DNA of 63,544 bases, filler included, from Octopus bimaculoides (taxonomy: Eukaryota): assembly GCF_001194135.2 (NCBI RefSeq). It is 5 parts of 5 records of this genome, joined end to end, with 100 filler letters (N's around TTAATTAATTAA, not from the genome) between each part and the next. Parts side by side here need not be neighbours in the genome. Positions count along the whole stretch, not along the records: positions 1 to 31,012 come from NC_068991.1; 4 more parts are not named here. One strand, written 5' to 3'. Under the pieces are notes generated by a model that searched no databases, was not told the origin of the DNA, and was given only the letters and a program-made list of their open reading frames with translations. A program made the translations under genes and the position numbers. Below, piece after piece: positions 13,981 through 26,899 of the stretch (positions are counted from its first letter, which is position 1; every line of letters begins with the position of its first letter).

Positions 13981-14657
13981 GAATGGTTGGTATCTGTGTC
14001 TATGTTTGGGTGTGTGAATGTGTGGTGGTATGTGTGTGTGTTCGTTGGTATGTATGTGCGATAGCGTATGTGTGTATAGCAGCGTGTATGTGGCAGTAAG
14101 TGTGTGTGTGTGCGTGTGGTGCGTGTGTGTGTGATACAGTGTGTGTGTGATACAGAGTGTGCGTGTGGTGGTAAGTGTGTGTGTGTATAGTGTGTGGTAT
14201 TAACTGTTTACATGTATTTATGTGAAAGATCTGTGTGTGTCTGTTAATGTCACAGTGAGAGGTCAGCAGGCTATCGGGACAGGTGTATGCATGGGTGGTT
14301 GCGTGTTTTCGCACATGTGTGTAGATGGGGTGGTCAGTTGTAGTTAGGGCAAGGTGTTTGAAAGGCAGTCTGAAGGGTGTGTGTGTGTGTGTATGTGTGT
14401 GTGTGTGCGTGTGTGTAGGTGTGTATGTGCATGTGAGGGTGGAAGTGTATGTATGTGCGTGTATGTGTGTGTTGTGTATGTGGAGGCATATGTGCTTTCA
14501 TATGTGTGCGTGTGTGTGTGTGAAAGTGCATGTACGTGTGTGTATGTTTGTGTATATGCGTGCGTTGTGTGTATATATGTGTTGTCTGTAGAAGTTGTGT
14601 GTGTGCGTGAGAGTAACAGTCTTTTGTTATATTTCTGCTGCTTTTAAATAAAGTATA

Positions 14658-14704
<47 letters not shown>

Positions 14705-14754
14705 GAATATGTATGTATGTATGTATGTGTGTCTGTATTTGTTCCCCCAACATC

Positions 14755-14920
14755 ACTGTGTTTACGTCCCCGTAACTAGCAGTTCGGCAAAAGAGACCGA
14801 TAGAATAAGTACTAGGCTTACAAATAATAAGTCCTGGGGTTGATTTGCTCGATTAAAGGTGGTGCCCTAGCATGGCCGTAGTCAAATGACTGGAGAAAAT
14901 AAAAGAATAAAAGAAAAGAA
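14755..14920 (+). mobile_element. SINE family B, 3' half
   Basis: GTTTACGTCCCCGTAAC...TTCGGCAAAAGAGACCGATAGAATAAGTACTAGGCTT...CATGGCCGTAGTCAAATGACTG matches the reverse-complement copies at 42692, 48250, 57805 and 61586. Confidence 0.8.
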
Positions 14921-14929
14921 TACATAAAT

Positions 14930-15280
14930 GGCAATTTCTGTCCGTTTGTGACTCTGTGTGTTTGTGAATTTGTTACTTTAACTCCTCTGAGACCATCCAA
15001 CCGATCTTGATGAAACTTGACATGTGTGGGGTGCTTATGCCCATGTGGTCACTTGTGCACTTAGATAATGTTTCAAAAATCAATATGAAATTTCAATGCA
15101 AATCCACATATGAATGTTATTTTCTGCCATATCTTTTAAAATTTTCAACCGATTTTCTTTGAATTTTATACACAGATCGAATATGCGCTAAGAATGGGCT
15201 GAAACGGATAAATTTCTACCTAGGCTACTCAGGCAACAGGTTGCTCTGGCATGTATTTTCTTAAGGGCAGCACTTAAAAT
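14930..15280 (+). mobile_element. Possible Helitron/Helentron-associated (HINE/DINE-like) element
   Basis: CTGTCCGTTTGTGACTCTGTGTG...AACTCCTCTGAGACCATCCAACCGATCTTGATGAAACTTGACATG resembles the conserved block of such elements. The ends are not resolved. Confidence 0.35.
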
Positions 15281-15449
15281 TATCGATTCTAAACGTTGTA
15301 ATGTTGTGTGCTAAAACATGTAACATGTATTTTCTTAATACTTGCACTTACAATTGTCGGTTCTATCCGTTGCAATCGATATTTGATTCTCACGATCAGT
15401 GGAACTATACCCATGACACACAGTCATCGCAAGTGAATTTGCCCCGAAA

Positions 15450-16000
15450 TGACGAAAATCATTTTTGCATCCTTTTTTCCCTCCTCATAGCATCTTATGA
15501 ATCTTATGACTGCCGCGTAGTCGCCTCAGCACTCCAGCCGTTTTTGTAAGTATAAAATCTTTTTCTCTAAATAATTTTTGTTTACTTTTCAAACTTTTAT
15601 GCTCTTTACAATGTTTCCATTGATTATATATTTGCAGCTTTCCACTCCTCTGACCAAAGAATTGTCTTTTTCCGATTCCACACGTATTTATTTGTATTAT
15701 TGTTTCGTGAATGAAATTGCTTATGCCTTCTATTATCTGTCCATCACGCTCTGTTTTTATCCATAGAGTTAATATCATCAGTCATGTGTTTCTCGATGGA
15801 TGTTGTTTGTGTGTTGAATTTAACTGTGTATTATGGGTACTGTTTCCATAATGAATCGTTTATTTTTGTGGGAAATTGTATCTAATATGGTTTTAGTATT
15901 TTAAAATATATTTTATCTAGCTAAATAGTAGGGTGAGTAATGGGGTTTGTTGCGACTGGTCCTTGCGATCAATGCACAGTGAGATTTCAAGAGAGTCTTG
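15450..16000 (-). mobile_element. Degenerate Penelope-like element (RT-to-GIY-YIG linker and endonuclease)
   Basis: Minus-frame fragments TILDTISHKNKRF (cf. NIxSIISSHNKKIL) and RRHKQF...NKYVWNRK...WKAA (cf. RYxxHKxSF...SKYIWxLK...WxI). Multiple frameshifts. Confidence 0.5.
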
Positions 16001-17146
16001 CACTTGTAAGGTGAATATAACAGTTAGATTCATGTAGTTTGCAATTTCATTTAACATGGTTCATTTGTAACTTGTTCCCAATTTATATATTTATATTGTC
16101 TCGTTGCTAAGGTTGTTTTGTATTGTTTTGTCCTTGTTTTGTATATCTTGTACACAATGACTTCGTGTAGAGCACCTTGTGCGTTGAGTATTTTAGACTC
16201 TCTTCATTAAATAAAATAATAGATAAATAAATTGCCAACAGATATTCAAACAATTAGATGAAACTACGAAAAAATATAGAAACACAAATGCAATACAATA
16301 GATACATTAGGCGTTACTTATATTAAAAATACGCAAATTACAAAATTTATTACATGAAACAAATGCATACAGTTTGAAGTTCCTGAATGAACATATGCAC
16401 ACAATCGCATGTAGATCACACACAGACTGTCATATCTACAGAATTATAAACGGGTAGGAAACGTACACGATGATTTTATTGGAACCACTATGGTTAAACA
16501 AAGAGGGGACCATACAAAGGACAAGTAGGGTCGGGGACTTATCGAATGATATGAATAAATATATTATTACGAAGGAAGATGAAACAAAAGACGAATGGAC
16601 GTGGAATGAGTTTGAGCCTATCAACCATATTCCTGCGTCGCACCGTTTATTTTGTCCTTTTTTTTAACTCCGCTTAATTTGGCACTTACATGCCAAACAT
16701 CCGGGCTACTTTCTTCCTTCTTCTTTCGTACGTTTTTGCCGTCATGCATTTCTGCTCTAGACACGCTTTCCCTCTTGGGTGATATAAAAAGAGGTTCACG
16801 AACCACTACATGAGCACAGGTTTGTCAATACTTTCACAAGCAAATATTAATTCACACACACACACACAAACATATATGTATGTTTGTGCATGTGTATATG
16901 TGTGTTTGTGTGTTTGTGTGTGTATGTGTATGTGTGTGTGTGCACTAATTTATATAACCACAAACCCTGAGAGCTGTCTTTTTCCCTTTTCCTTCGAGCC
17001 TCACTAAGAAACTGGCAAAAACATATGTATTGCATATAAAAAAATTACATACATTCATATATACATATACATGCATAATACATTCACATATAAAAACACA
17101 CATATATGCACACATACATATGTACACATAGACACATTGTATTTGT

Positions 17147-17390
17147 GATCTCACGTTTCCATTTTCTTTATTCCACATCCCTTCGTTTGACTTCCCACTG
17201 CACCTAGGGCGACTTATTACATACATTCAACTCACCATCAGAATTACACCTACCTGCTTATCTCTGTTGCCCCCACGCATACACAAACACTCCTGCATAC
17301 ACACATACACGCAGCTACAATAAATCTCAACTGTCAGTTGACATATAGAACGTGTGTACCTGGATAAGAACATTATTTCTAAAGGTGTCA
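17147..17390 (+). repeat. Diverged local duplication, copy 2
   Basis: See 12896-13240. Confidence 0.88.
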
Positions 17391-17498
17391 AGAAAATATC
17401 AATTGTAAAAGTCAGGAGAGAAAGAAAATTATATACCTATGCGTACATACAAATACATACATACATACACGCACGCACGCACACACACATACATACAT

Positions 17499-17531
<33 letters not shown>

Positions 17532-17654
17532 TACATACATACATACATACATACATACATACACACTGTGCGAGGGGTATTTGAGGACAGTTACATATTA
17601 GTATATTAGTCTCTGCAAGCCAATTAAAAGTTTAGGTATCACATAACCGATAAA

Positions 17655-17790
17655 ATGCAAACACAAGAAATGAAAAGAGATGCAATTTTTGTACGGAATA
17701 CAGAAATTTAGAAATTGCCAGCTTTCTAGATGTTGCATGGTCTTTTGTACGCAAATTTCGACTGGAACTGGAAGACAGCTGGAACTGAAA
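17655..17790 (+). mobile_element. maT/DD37D-like transposase N-terminal (HTH) remnant
   Basis: MQTQEMKRDAIFV-(frameshift)-NLEIASFLDVAWSFVRKFRLELEDS resembles, from memory, maT N-termini of the EMKRxAI...LEIAxFLxVARSFVxKVRxELE type. Confidence 0.55.
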
Positions 17791-17910
17791 GTCTGCGATA
17801 CCGCCGAGGAACAATGTTTCTGCGATAGGATGGACTTAGCCATTCAAAATACCCAGATAACCGTTGGTGGTTACCCTGTCATGTATAACTAAAGAAGGAC
17901 AAAAAAAAAT

Positions 17911-18261
17911 CCGTGGTACAGGCTGCCTAAATCATCACAGAACCACCTCCATGCCTCATAGTTGGGGGTCAAACAGTTACAACTTTCTTCGACCTGTCTC
18001 CAGACTTGAACTCGCTCCGAAGTGGGAAAAAGAATGAATGATGATTCATCAGAGACACTTTTTCCGTTTATCAATACTGATCAGGGACAGTTGTTTTAGC
18101 CACTATGTTTCACTATTCCGCGGTCTTTCTTTGTGAGCTGTGCCGCCTGTCCTGAATTATGTTTACCAGAACTGGTCTTGCCTTGGTTTTGGAATGACTA
18201 ATGCTCCAACCATTCGTGCTCCAGCAATTTGTTCTCCTTGAATATCAAATAGGTCATGCAT
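17911..18261 (-). mobile_element. Tc1-family transposase remnant (internally deleted)
   Basis: MHDLFDIQGEQIAGARMVGA (cf. MADLSDFxRGQIVGARMAGA), SDESSFILFPTSERVQVWRQ (first catalytic D) and PTMRHGGGSVMI*AA. Confidence 0.82.
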
Positions 18262-18894
18262 TAAAATTACAGAGGGCCACATCGTGAAATACAAAGCATA
18301 CATAATACATAGGAGCACATATGTACAGATTAGAACACTTTTGAATTTGCCATACTGCCGATGGAATTTTTTTCTTTTTAACATAATTAATTTGACACTT
18401 GTCGAAATATGGTCCGATATTTAAAAAAAGAATCAATGCCTTTGTTTGCCAATACTAGGCGTTCATCAACAAGTCTCTTCTCCACGCTCACATGATTTTA
18501 TTTCCACACACAGCTGAAGAGAAAATATTACATATCTCTACCCATGGTAATCAATAGATACTAAATACTTTAATGCATTTTTTAATGGAATTTTTCAGCA
18601 ACCAATTAAATCTCGCTACATTAACAATTCATATCTCAACATACATTCGAATATTTTTCTTTCAATATTGCTACACCGCTATACTTCTTTAATCGTTTAA
18701 GCAATCTAGAAAATGAAATTTAAAGAAACTTCAGTTTCTGAAATGATGATGATGATGATGATTTCTTTATTGATGACAGAAGATTTACATCAAGAAAACA
18801 TATTATGGACGGCACAAGATAAAGCATTGAATGTGTGTGCATGTTGTGAGGGTTTGCGTAATAGCAACAACAACAACAATAAGAAGAAGAAGAA

Positions 18895-19460
18895 ATGTCC
18901 CGATGTAGTACCAGGCAGTGGCTCTCATGGTTTCTGATCTTAACTGATTGGAAGTGTTATCATGTACATTGTTTTGTCTTGGTATAAAAGATGGGCTACA
19001 GCAAATATTCTGCTTAATACCACAGATTTGCTTGTCAGTTGTTTGACCTTAACCAGTTGAGCAGGTCTCTTAGTGGCTGACGATATGTGCATCTCTAATC
19101 ATGAGCAGAAGTAGTTGGGGAGCATCATAGCCATGCGTCGAGAGGAATTCTTTGTGGTTTGAATAATTCACATCTGGAAACATGGGTGTTTCGTTCAACA
19201 TCCTTAAACAAACCTTATTTAGGGACTTTTGAGCAGGATGGGCTACTCGAACTGAAGACAATTCTAATTGGGCCCCACCTGCAAGGTCATCCACCATTTA
19301 TCTTGATATGAGATCACTGTGTCATGCACATATGGTTGTGATGCATGTGCCTGGTGTACCCTTATCAGACTAGTAGTCATGTTGGGTATATTGAGTTTCG
19401 TATATTTTGTCCCTGTGTCACTTTGATGGCATGTCCTGCTCTCTCACTCAACAACAACAA
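18895..19460 (+). mobile_element. Dispersed ~560-bp non-coding repeat with (AAT)n tail (SINE-like)
   Basis: Sharp boundaries with an AAC/AAT microsatellite at the 3' end. Recognised from memory as an abundant octopus repeat; only one copy is present in this window. Confidence 0.4.
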
Positions 19461-19489
19461 TAATAATAATATGTATTATTAGTATTATT

Positions 19490-19960
19490 TATTTATTCAT
19501 TTATTTATTTGCCAGAGGGTTGTCAATTGAGGGAGACGTTACACAGGCAGATTACAATTTGTGCGGGGTATTACATAAAATCGAGCGCGAAAACAGCCAT
19601 TAGTAAGTAGTGAGAAACGATATGAAAAGTGTACCTATTATACAAAATATGTGAATATATGGATGATGCAATGTCCCTGATACAGGAGACCCTCTAACTA
19701 GGACCAAAGAAGGATCCATAAATTATCCATCTCAGATCCAAAAATCACACAGCACCAAGATCACAAGCGCTTGTACAACTCTTGCCTCTCCATTGTACAA
19801 TTGCATGCTTACCATAGCTCCATTCATCCTGACCATTTTCGTTGGAGTCACCTTTTGATATATTCTTTGGAGGAAAGCACTTTCCCCTCCATCCTCACTA
19901 ATTATACAAAATAGAGAGAAACATAAACACAGACATACACGAACCTGCAACACGTGTTCA
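19490..19960 (-). mobile_element. Tx1/L1-like LINE 3' end
   Basis: QRIYQKVTPTKMVRMNGAMVSM resembles the Tx1 ORF2 C-terminus. The tail GTCTCCCTCAATTGACAACCCTCTGGCAAATAAA resembles the tail at 37140-37178. Confidence 0.45.
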
Positions 19961-20550
19961 GCTCCAAAACTCTGATGCCAAGACCTTCATAGTGTTTTCT
20001 TTGAAATTATGTCCAAAACTGATAGCTAGACATTAACATAAAAACATTGTGTCAGTAATTACCGTTACATCTGAAGAAAACCTCGCTTGTGGACATTGCG
20101 TTTATCTGTTATATTACGGTATCACTATAAGTGTATGTATTTGTCGAACTTGCTGTTACTGTGTGTGCTGTGGATAAGCAACAAAATTGTGTGCGTGTAT
20201 GTGTTTGTGTGTGCATATATATGTATACACAGATACACACACATACACACACATACACACACACATACACACACACACACACATACACATATATGTGCAC
20301 ACACAAACGTATATGTGTATGTGTTGGTGCATGTGTATATATCTGTGTGTGTGTGCGCGCGCACGTAGCGTAAGATCAATGAGATCGGATTTACAGAAAC
20401 ATGGCTACCGGTCCGTGTGGGTGGAGTCGAACTTAGGACGGTGTTTATATGACGCCATTAGACACGGAGAATTACATGTGTCTCCATATATAACATCCTG
20501 CGTGATAGAGGCTTAAATCCGTGACGACCGTGATAGTAGTGGTGATAAAC

Positions 20551-20628
<78 letters not shown>
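20551..20628. repeat. (AGT)n microsatellite
   Basis: Directly visible. Confidence 0.98.
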
Positions 20629-20629
<1 letters not shown>

Positions 20630-20961
20630 ATAATTGGTATACACGAGGTGATATTACCGTAGTTGCTGGTAGTGTTTTTGTACTAGTTGTTATCGTTGTT
20701 CAGACCTGACAGAGCACAGCTATGATACTAGACATTCCCACCATTTATAAAACATACTCTTTCTAAATATACATGATCTAATGTCTTTCGCTTTTAAGAG
20801 TAGAGTGTAATATGTATGAGATTTGTTCAGTATGCGGTGATTGGCTCTGCTAAAAATAGTAGCTATCGTTGGTGTTGTGATTCATCATGATGAAGGTGTT
20901 TTGTCGTCTGTGTGTGTGTGTGTGTGTCTGTGTCTGTCTGTGTATGTATACACACACACAT

Positions 20962-20996
<35 letters not shown>

Positions 20997-22179
20997 AGTG
21001 TGATTCAAATTTGTTGGTACTCCGAGAGTTTCAAGCAAGATTAACGTCCAATAAATGTACTGAGTGTCTTTCGTTTGTCCACTCAATCGTATATATATAT
21101 ATATATATATATATATATNNNNNNNNNNNNNNNNNNNNNNNNNNNNNNNNNNNNNNNNNNNNNNNATATATATTTATATATAGCCTTACATACATTATCT
21201 TGGGGAGGGAGAGAGAACTAGAAGTATACCTACAAGGAAACGTAAAAAATATCAAACTTTCCAATCTATAAACATACGTGTGTGTGTGTGTGTGTGTGTG
21301 GGTGTGTGTGTGTGTAAGGAAACGGTTAAATAGAAACTGTATGCTCAATGCTGAAGTAAACTATTTGGATTAGGACAAAAGAAGAGAAAGAGTTTAAGAA
21401 GAAACAAAAAATAATCTCAAACAGAATCCAAAATATGCTACAAAAATGTATGGAGAGGAAAAACATTCCGTGCCCAACCCTCCGCGATGTTCAACAGAGA
21501 AACCAGTAAGTTAGAGTGAAAGCTAACAATAGCTGGAATATTCTTGGCTAAAAACAGAAACAGAATTTTCTTTAGATTTTACAAAATTGTCTATTCACAG
21601 ATAATTATGAAAATTAAATAATAAAAGAATGTATACTAACATAAATTGTACAACCAGTTAAAACAGTTAATTGACCCACTCACTTTCGGTTGTCCAATCT
21701 TAATCAAATCTGATTCTATTTAGAAGCGTGATAGGATCGGCAGATGAATCCACTGGGTAATGCGCCGATTCGCCATACAACGGTTAAGAAGCGCTTTAAA
21801 CATACACTAAGTACGATATATGGCAACATCCTTGTTCCGATTATCATGAACATGCCTGTCTAGATGTCAAGATGAAGACATAATATCCAAATGCAACAGG
21901 AGAGTCACTAAAACACCTGTGATACGTTAGGCAGTTGGATCCCTTTTGACCAAAAGATCATCTGGAAGAAGGTGCAGAAATTCTTAAGGGCAGGGATGTG
22001 ATAGGTGAAAGACAGGACAGTATCAAAAATGACTGTAGCACGAGATTAAAAAAAAAATGAGCGAAAGCCTAAAATATGTTCTTACATGGCTTAGTTCTTC
22101 ATTACCTTCATCTCCATAAGGTTACCGCCTATATCACTTGGAATACAAACTGTAACATATAACTAACTCTATTTTACTT

Positions 22180-22308
22180 TTACGTTTTGCGCTCTTATTT
22201 CAAATTCCGCCTGGGTCGACTTTGTTTTCATTTTGAGCACGAAGGTCGATGTAATTGACTTACCCCTCCCCCGAAATTGCTGGCCTGGTGCCAACATTTG
22301 AAACCAAT
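22180..22308 (+). mobile_element. SINE family A, partial
   Basis: TTCAAATTCCGCCTGGGTCGACTTTG...GGTCGATGTAATTGACTTACCCCTCCCCCGAAATTGCTGGCC...TTTGAAACCAAT. Confidence 0.75.
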
Positions 22309-22599
22309 ATTTTTCTGTAACCTAACAATCTAGATTCTACAGACCAGAATACACGAAATATAGAAAAAGAAAAAAACCTACATACTAAAGAAATATTGAA
22401 ATCCAAACGACTATATATTGTATGGAACCATCGGAGATTGAAGGGAACCATTCAGTGACAGTGAGCAGTTTGAAACTAAATATTGATCAATACCATTTCT
22501 ACTCGCAACCAGTGCTTTTGTAAAGATGTCTTATATCGATTAATTACGTTGACAGGATTAGGTTTTGAACAACAAAAATCTAGAGTTTAAGTAGCAACA

Positions 22600-23000
22600 G
22601 TAGCAGAGATAGACATACTGATATTGTATAAGTCAACATATATTTACGCTACTTCCGTGAACGAGACGCTCCGTATATACAAACACAAAACTAGCTTTGG
22701 CCTGGATAAACAAATAGAGCATGAACTGGACAAGAAAGTAACAATATTTACGATAAAGGATCACGTCATCACCAACAGATACACCACTGAAATAAATATT
22801 CACGGTTTCTGCAGTATAGATAACAAATTGCGAATATTTACCAAGACAATATACCACACTGTTTCAGGATATCCCATACTAGCTCCGACAAAATTTACTT
22901 TAAGACATAAGAGAGTAAGTAATGATATTCTACATACACCCATCCGCCCTATTTTAACTCTATAAAGTAAAAAAATCCAGTTGCACTGCCACCAATGCAA
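22600..23000 (+). mobile_element. Degenerate Penelope-like RT N-terminal fragment
   Basis: ORF 22624-22965 ends IYHTVSGYPILAPTKFTLRHK...HTPIRPIL, cf. the Penelope LYPxGSxPxxLYGLPKIHK...PLRPIL motif. Confidence 0.45.
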
Positions 23001-23467
23001 AACTGCTCGATAACATCTGCATATAGACAGAAAAACAATTGCCAGATAATATTCCGAACAGCAGTTTCTATGTAAAACATGATTACAATGTCCAAATTAT
23101 CAATACAGAAATATCGAACAATTGTAACGCTGTGTAGAAGTGAAGTGAAAAATAAAGGAATTTCACCGGTCTAAATTTTTAATTTAAAACGCTTATTGAA
23201 TATAAGAAGAATGTTTTTCCTGAGAAGTACATTAAACAACACGCACACCTTACCCTAATTAAATTATTATAAAATGACTTGAGATACTCGTCCTGTCTTG
23301 GTTTTTAATGTTCTTTTCCTCTAATGTATTCCACCTAACATGGAAGCCTAATACAGATCCCTAACTCCAGCCTCAGCTGTGAACTTGGAATCTAACGGAT
23401 GACCAATTATAGCACTTATTCAGCGTACCTATTCGTTTACATCGCCAGTGTACTAAACTCCTCGTAT

Positions 23468-23530
<63 letters not shown>

Positions 23531-23779
23531 GCAAATAAGTAACAATGATGTCAAGATATTAATGCGATACGGCCGTTTCAGGCGGCTCCATTTAATCGAA
23601 CAAAGCAAGCATTACGTTCATTTGAAATACAACTCCATCTTCCGTTGCAAAATACAAATTTTTAACAGCTAGGATATTCAATTATAATCTTTAGCAAATA
23701 TTTCGTTAGAGCTAGAGAAGGAAAGAATTCCATGCTGCTACTAATGTAGCAGAATAAGCTTGAAGAGAAATAGCTACAA

Positions 23780-24006
23780 GGCGGCTGGCAGAAACGTTAG
23801 CACGCCGGGCTAAATGCTTAGCGATATTTCGTCTGCCGCTACGTTCTGAGTTCAAATTCCGCCGAGGTCGACTTTGCCTTTCATCCTTTTGGGGTCGATT
23901 AAATAAGTACCAGTTACGCACTGAGGTCGATAGAATCGACTTAATCCCTTTGTCTGTCCTTGTTTGTCCCCTCTGTGTTTAGCCCCTTGTGGGCAATAAA
24001 GAAATA
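23780..24006 (+). mobile_element. Full-length tRNA-derived SINE, family A, with 29-bp target-site duplication
   Basis: A-box-like head, B-box GAGTTCAAATTCC and central GACTTTGCCTTTCATCCTTTTGGGGTCGAT. Flanked by AGAATAAGCTT(G/A)AAGAGAAATAGCTACAA at 23751-23779 and 24007-24035. Confidence 0.92.
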
Positions 24007-24495
24007 AGAATAAGCTTAAAGAGAAATAGCTACAATTTTGGAATGGCAGAAGTGGAGACACGGTGGAGGTCACGAGATTGGTAATTTAGCTACAGTCTTT
24101 ATCTATCCTCTTATCACCATCAAAAGATTTAATGCAGCTAGTATTAAGACACTAAGAGTTGACAGTTAAATTCTAGTCGCTGGTCATAAATTAATATTGC
24201 TAGATATTCTCCTAAACCCTAATTCTCTATGGCTATATCTCAGAGGGAGTCATTTAGATAGTGGTAAATACCCAAGAAAAATAGGGAGGATGGGGGTGAC
24301 ATAAACTCTTTAATTGTTTTATTAAGGAAGACGACATAATCAACTACATCAAACAACCCAATTCATAAATACACACGCGGATATATATTTATCAATGTAT
24401 ATATATAAATACACACACTCACTCACTCACACATACACACACGCAAACATGTGTGTGCTAGTTATCTCCGTATATGTTTGTATGCCTTAAGTCAA

Positions 24496-24538
<43 letters not shown>

Positions 24539-25570
24539 GTGCGCGTGTGTGCGCGTGTGTGCGTATGTGTTCCCCCCTTATAGAGTCAAAAATTATTTCG
24601 AAACATATTACATGTTTAAAACACTCTTGGAGAAATATAGGGAATATACCGTATGTTCTCGTCGTCATTACGGTGCAATTATCGAACTCTCTATGCAGCT
24701 GGAAACAGCTTAAAGTCTTCGCCGTTGTCGAAGCTAGAAGCAGGGTAGTGAAGTATGAGGGTAAAGGTCATAGGAGTGGAAGGGAGGTAGAAGGAAGAAG
24801 GGAAACAGCTAAAACAAATATCGGCCAACTGACCCTGAGATTGGGAAAAGCAGTCTAACTCGAGTGAATGATAGTTTGATACGCTCGTTATCGTTATTAC
24901 CGTATATATTACTATGACGGATATTGAATATCAATAGGAAATATAAGCTGAGTGTAGTGAACACGATAGAGAGAAGCGCTGGAAGAGTAGGGGCTTTAGG
25001 TGGGCAATTGGTGCAAGAGAATGAGAATGAAAGAACGTGTGGAAGACAGGCAGAAAGAGGAATGGGTAGACAGCAGGATAGAAAGACAGACATAAACGTA
25101 AGAGAATACAGAAAGAAGAAAGAAAGAAAAGGGAGCAAAAAGAGAATTTATGAAGAAAAAAACGGATAAAGATAAAACAAGTTAGAAGAGAAAAAAAGCC
25201 AGAAATATAGAAAAAGCGCAAGAAGCGAGATAGGAGGGAGAGAAGAAAGAAAGAAAGAAAGAAAGTTAAGATAGATCGATGTTATGAGTGGTAGTTGGTG
25301 GGGTGCAGTAGGCAAAGACAATACTAAGGTACCAGTGCAGCGATGACATATCCTTCTCACATATCCTCATTCTACATCCGGTTGTTAAACACACCTCTAA
25401 GTTGGTGTAGATGAGTCAATACGAAGAGAAAAAAGATTTCCGCCGTCGATGATCTCTTTCGTTGTCGTCTTCTTCTTCGACATGCTGTTGTCGTTAGAGT
25501 AACTTGATACATTGTAGATTTTGTTGTTGTTTTAGGGACACTTCGGGGCGGATACCTTGCTGCCGCTGTT

Positions 25571-25630
<60 letters not shown>

Positions 25631-25822
25631 ACAACAATAACCTCACACACGCACAAATGGATGCATGATTTTGCCATATTTTTCGTTGGTGCTTTGCTTT
25701 TTATTTTAAATTTAATCTTCGCTATATGGGTAATTAGAATGACTGACAGACAGAAAACAGACAGACAGAAAACAGACAGACAGAAAACAGACAGACATAC
25801 AGACAGACAGACATAGACAGAC

Positions 25823-25862
<40 letters not shown>

Positions 25863-26899
25863 TCCTCCATTGATATGATATTCTTTTTATGGCTCTAATT
25901 CATTTTTCCTGTCTTATTGAGCACTTGGATGACAAAATACCTTGTTTTTGAATCAGTTGAGACGCACACTCTGAAGCACACGTTTATCTATTACCGGCAA
26001 ATATTGCCCCTGAGTTTGTGTGGAGTTTTTATATTTCTGTCCTATCTACTAAAGCATTCCAGAGTTTTGAAAAAAATCTCAAGGATTAAGAATTAAGACT
26101 GAGGATTAAGAATTAAGAATGTTAAAGTCATAGTTCATTTTCGTTAAGTTTAAGCAAATTACCTACAGGTATCCTCTTGGCTTCCATCTTTTCCGTTATT
26201 GTATGTCAATTTTTGGAAAATACTCTATTCTTGAAAGCATCTCACCCTCTCATCTGTAGTTAGTACCAACTTCCACCAACTGATTGGTCTACTCTCTCTG
26301 GAAACAGAGATAATATCCATAAACTAAAAATTCATCTTGCATGTTATTTAACATACGTTTATTCTTCTTTCGTGCTCAAATACAAGCCAATGGCATGCAT
26401 CTATTTTTGCTCATTTGTTTCATATATGTCCGAGAGGCACGGTTCGTTGATCCAGCAAGCTTCAACCCTCACAAATCCTGACCCTACATTTATAATTACC
26501 ACCAGACAACCAGAAACATTTACAACATCTCAGAACACTACTACAACATCTTAAAACCATAATCTCTACCAATCAGTTTTGAGAACACAAGAAACACATA
26601 CACTCAGAGCACCAACAGTCTTACAGGCTCTAAATACTGGTCTGGGATGTACACCACCATACATAAGAGCACAGAAACAGAAACTGCTGCATTGGAACTA
26701 AGTCGACCTTGCCTGCCTCTGCTGTGGCTACCACCAGAATCTACTGGACAGTGGGAGAGTACATAACAGCCAAACTGTCACAGTGTATTCCATACTGCAT
26801 GTCAGTGTGTACAGCATTGTCCTCAGTTTGGTGGGGACATGATGTAACTGGGTCACACCTCGGTATCCAGTCGACTACCAGTGCTCTATAGGACTGCTG

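Noticed and set aside
16470-16667. Possible mariner HPPYSPDLAP remnant (QPYSCVAP)
   Set aside because: Too degenerate to support.
20375-20516. Short non-repetitive ORF MRSDLQKHGYRSVWVES...
   Set aside because: No homology recognised and no convincing splice sites; the length is within chance expectation.
23780-23870. SINE heads (here and at 50217 and 62950) as tRNA genes
   Set aside because: A and B boxes are present, but there is no cloverleaf or acceptor stem, and they continue into SINE bodies.
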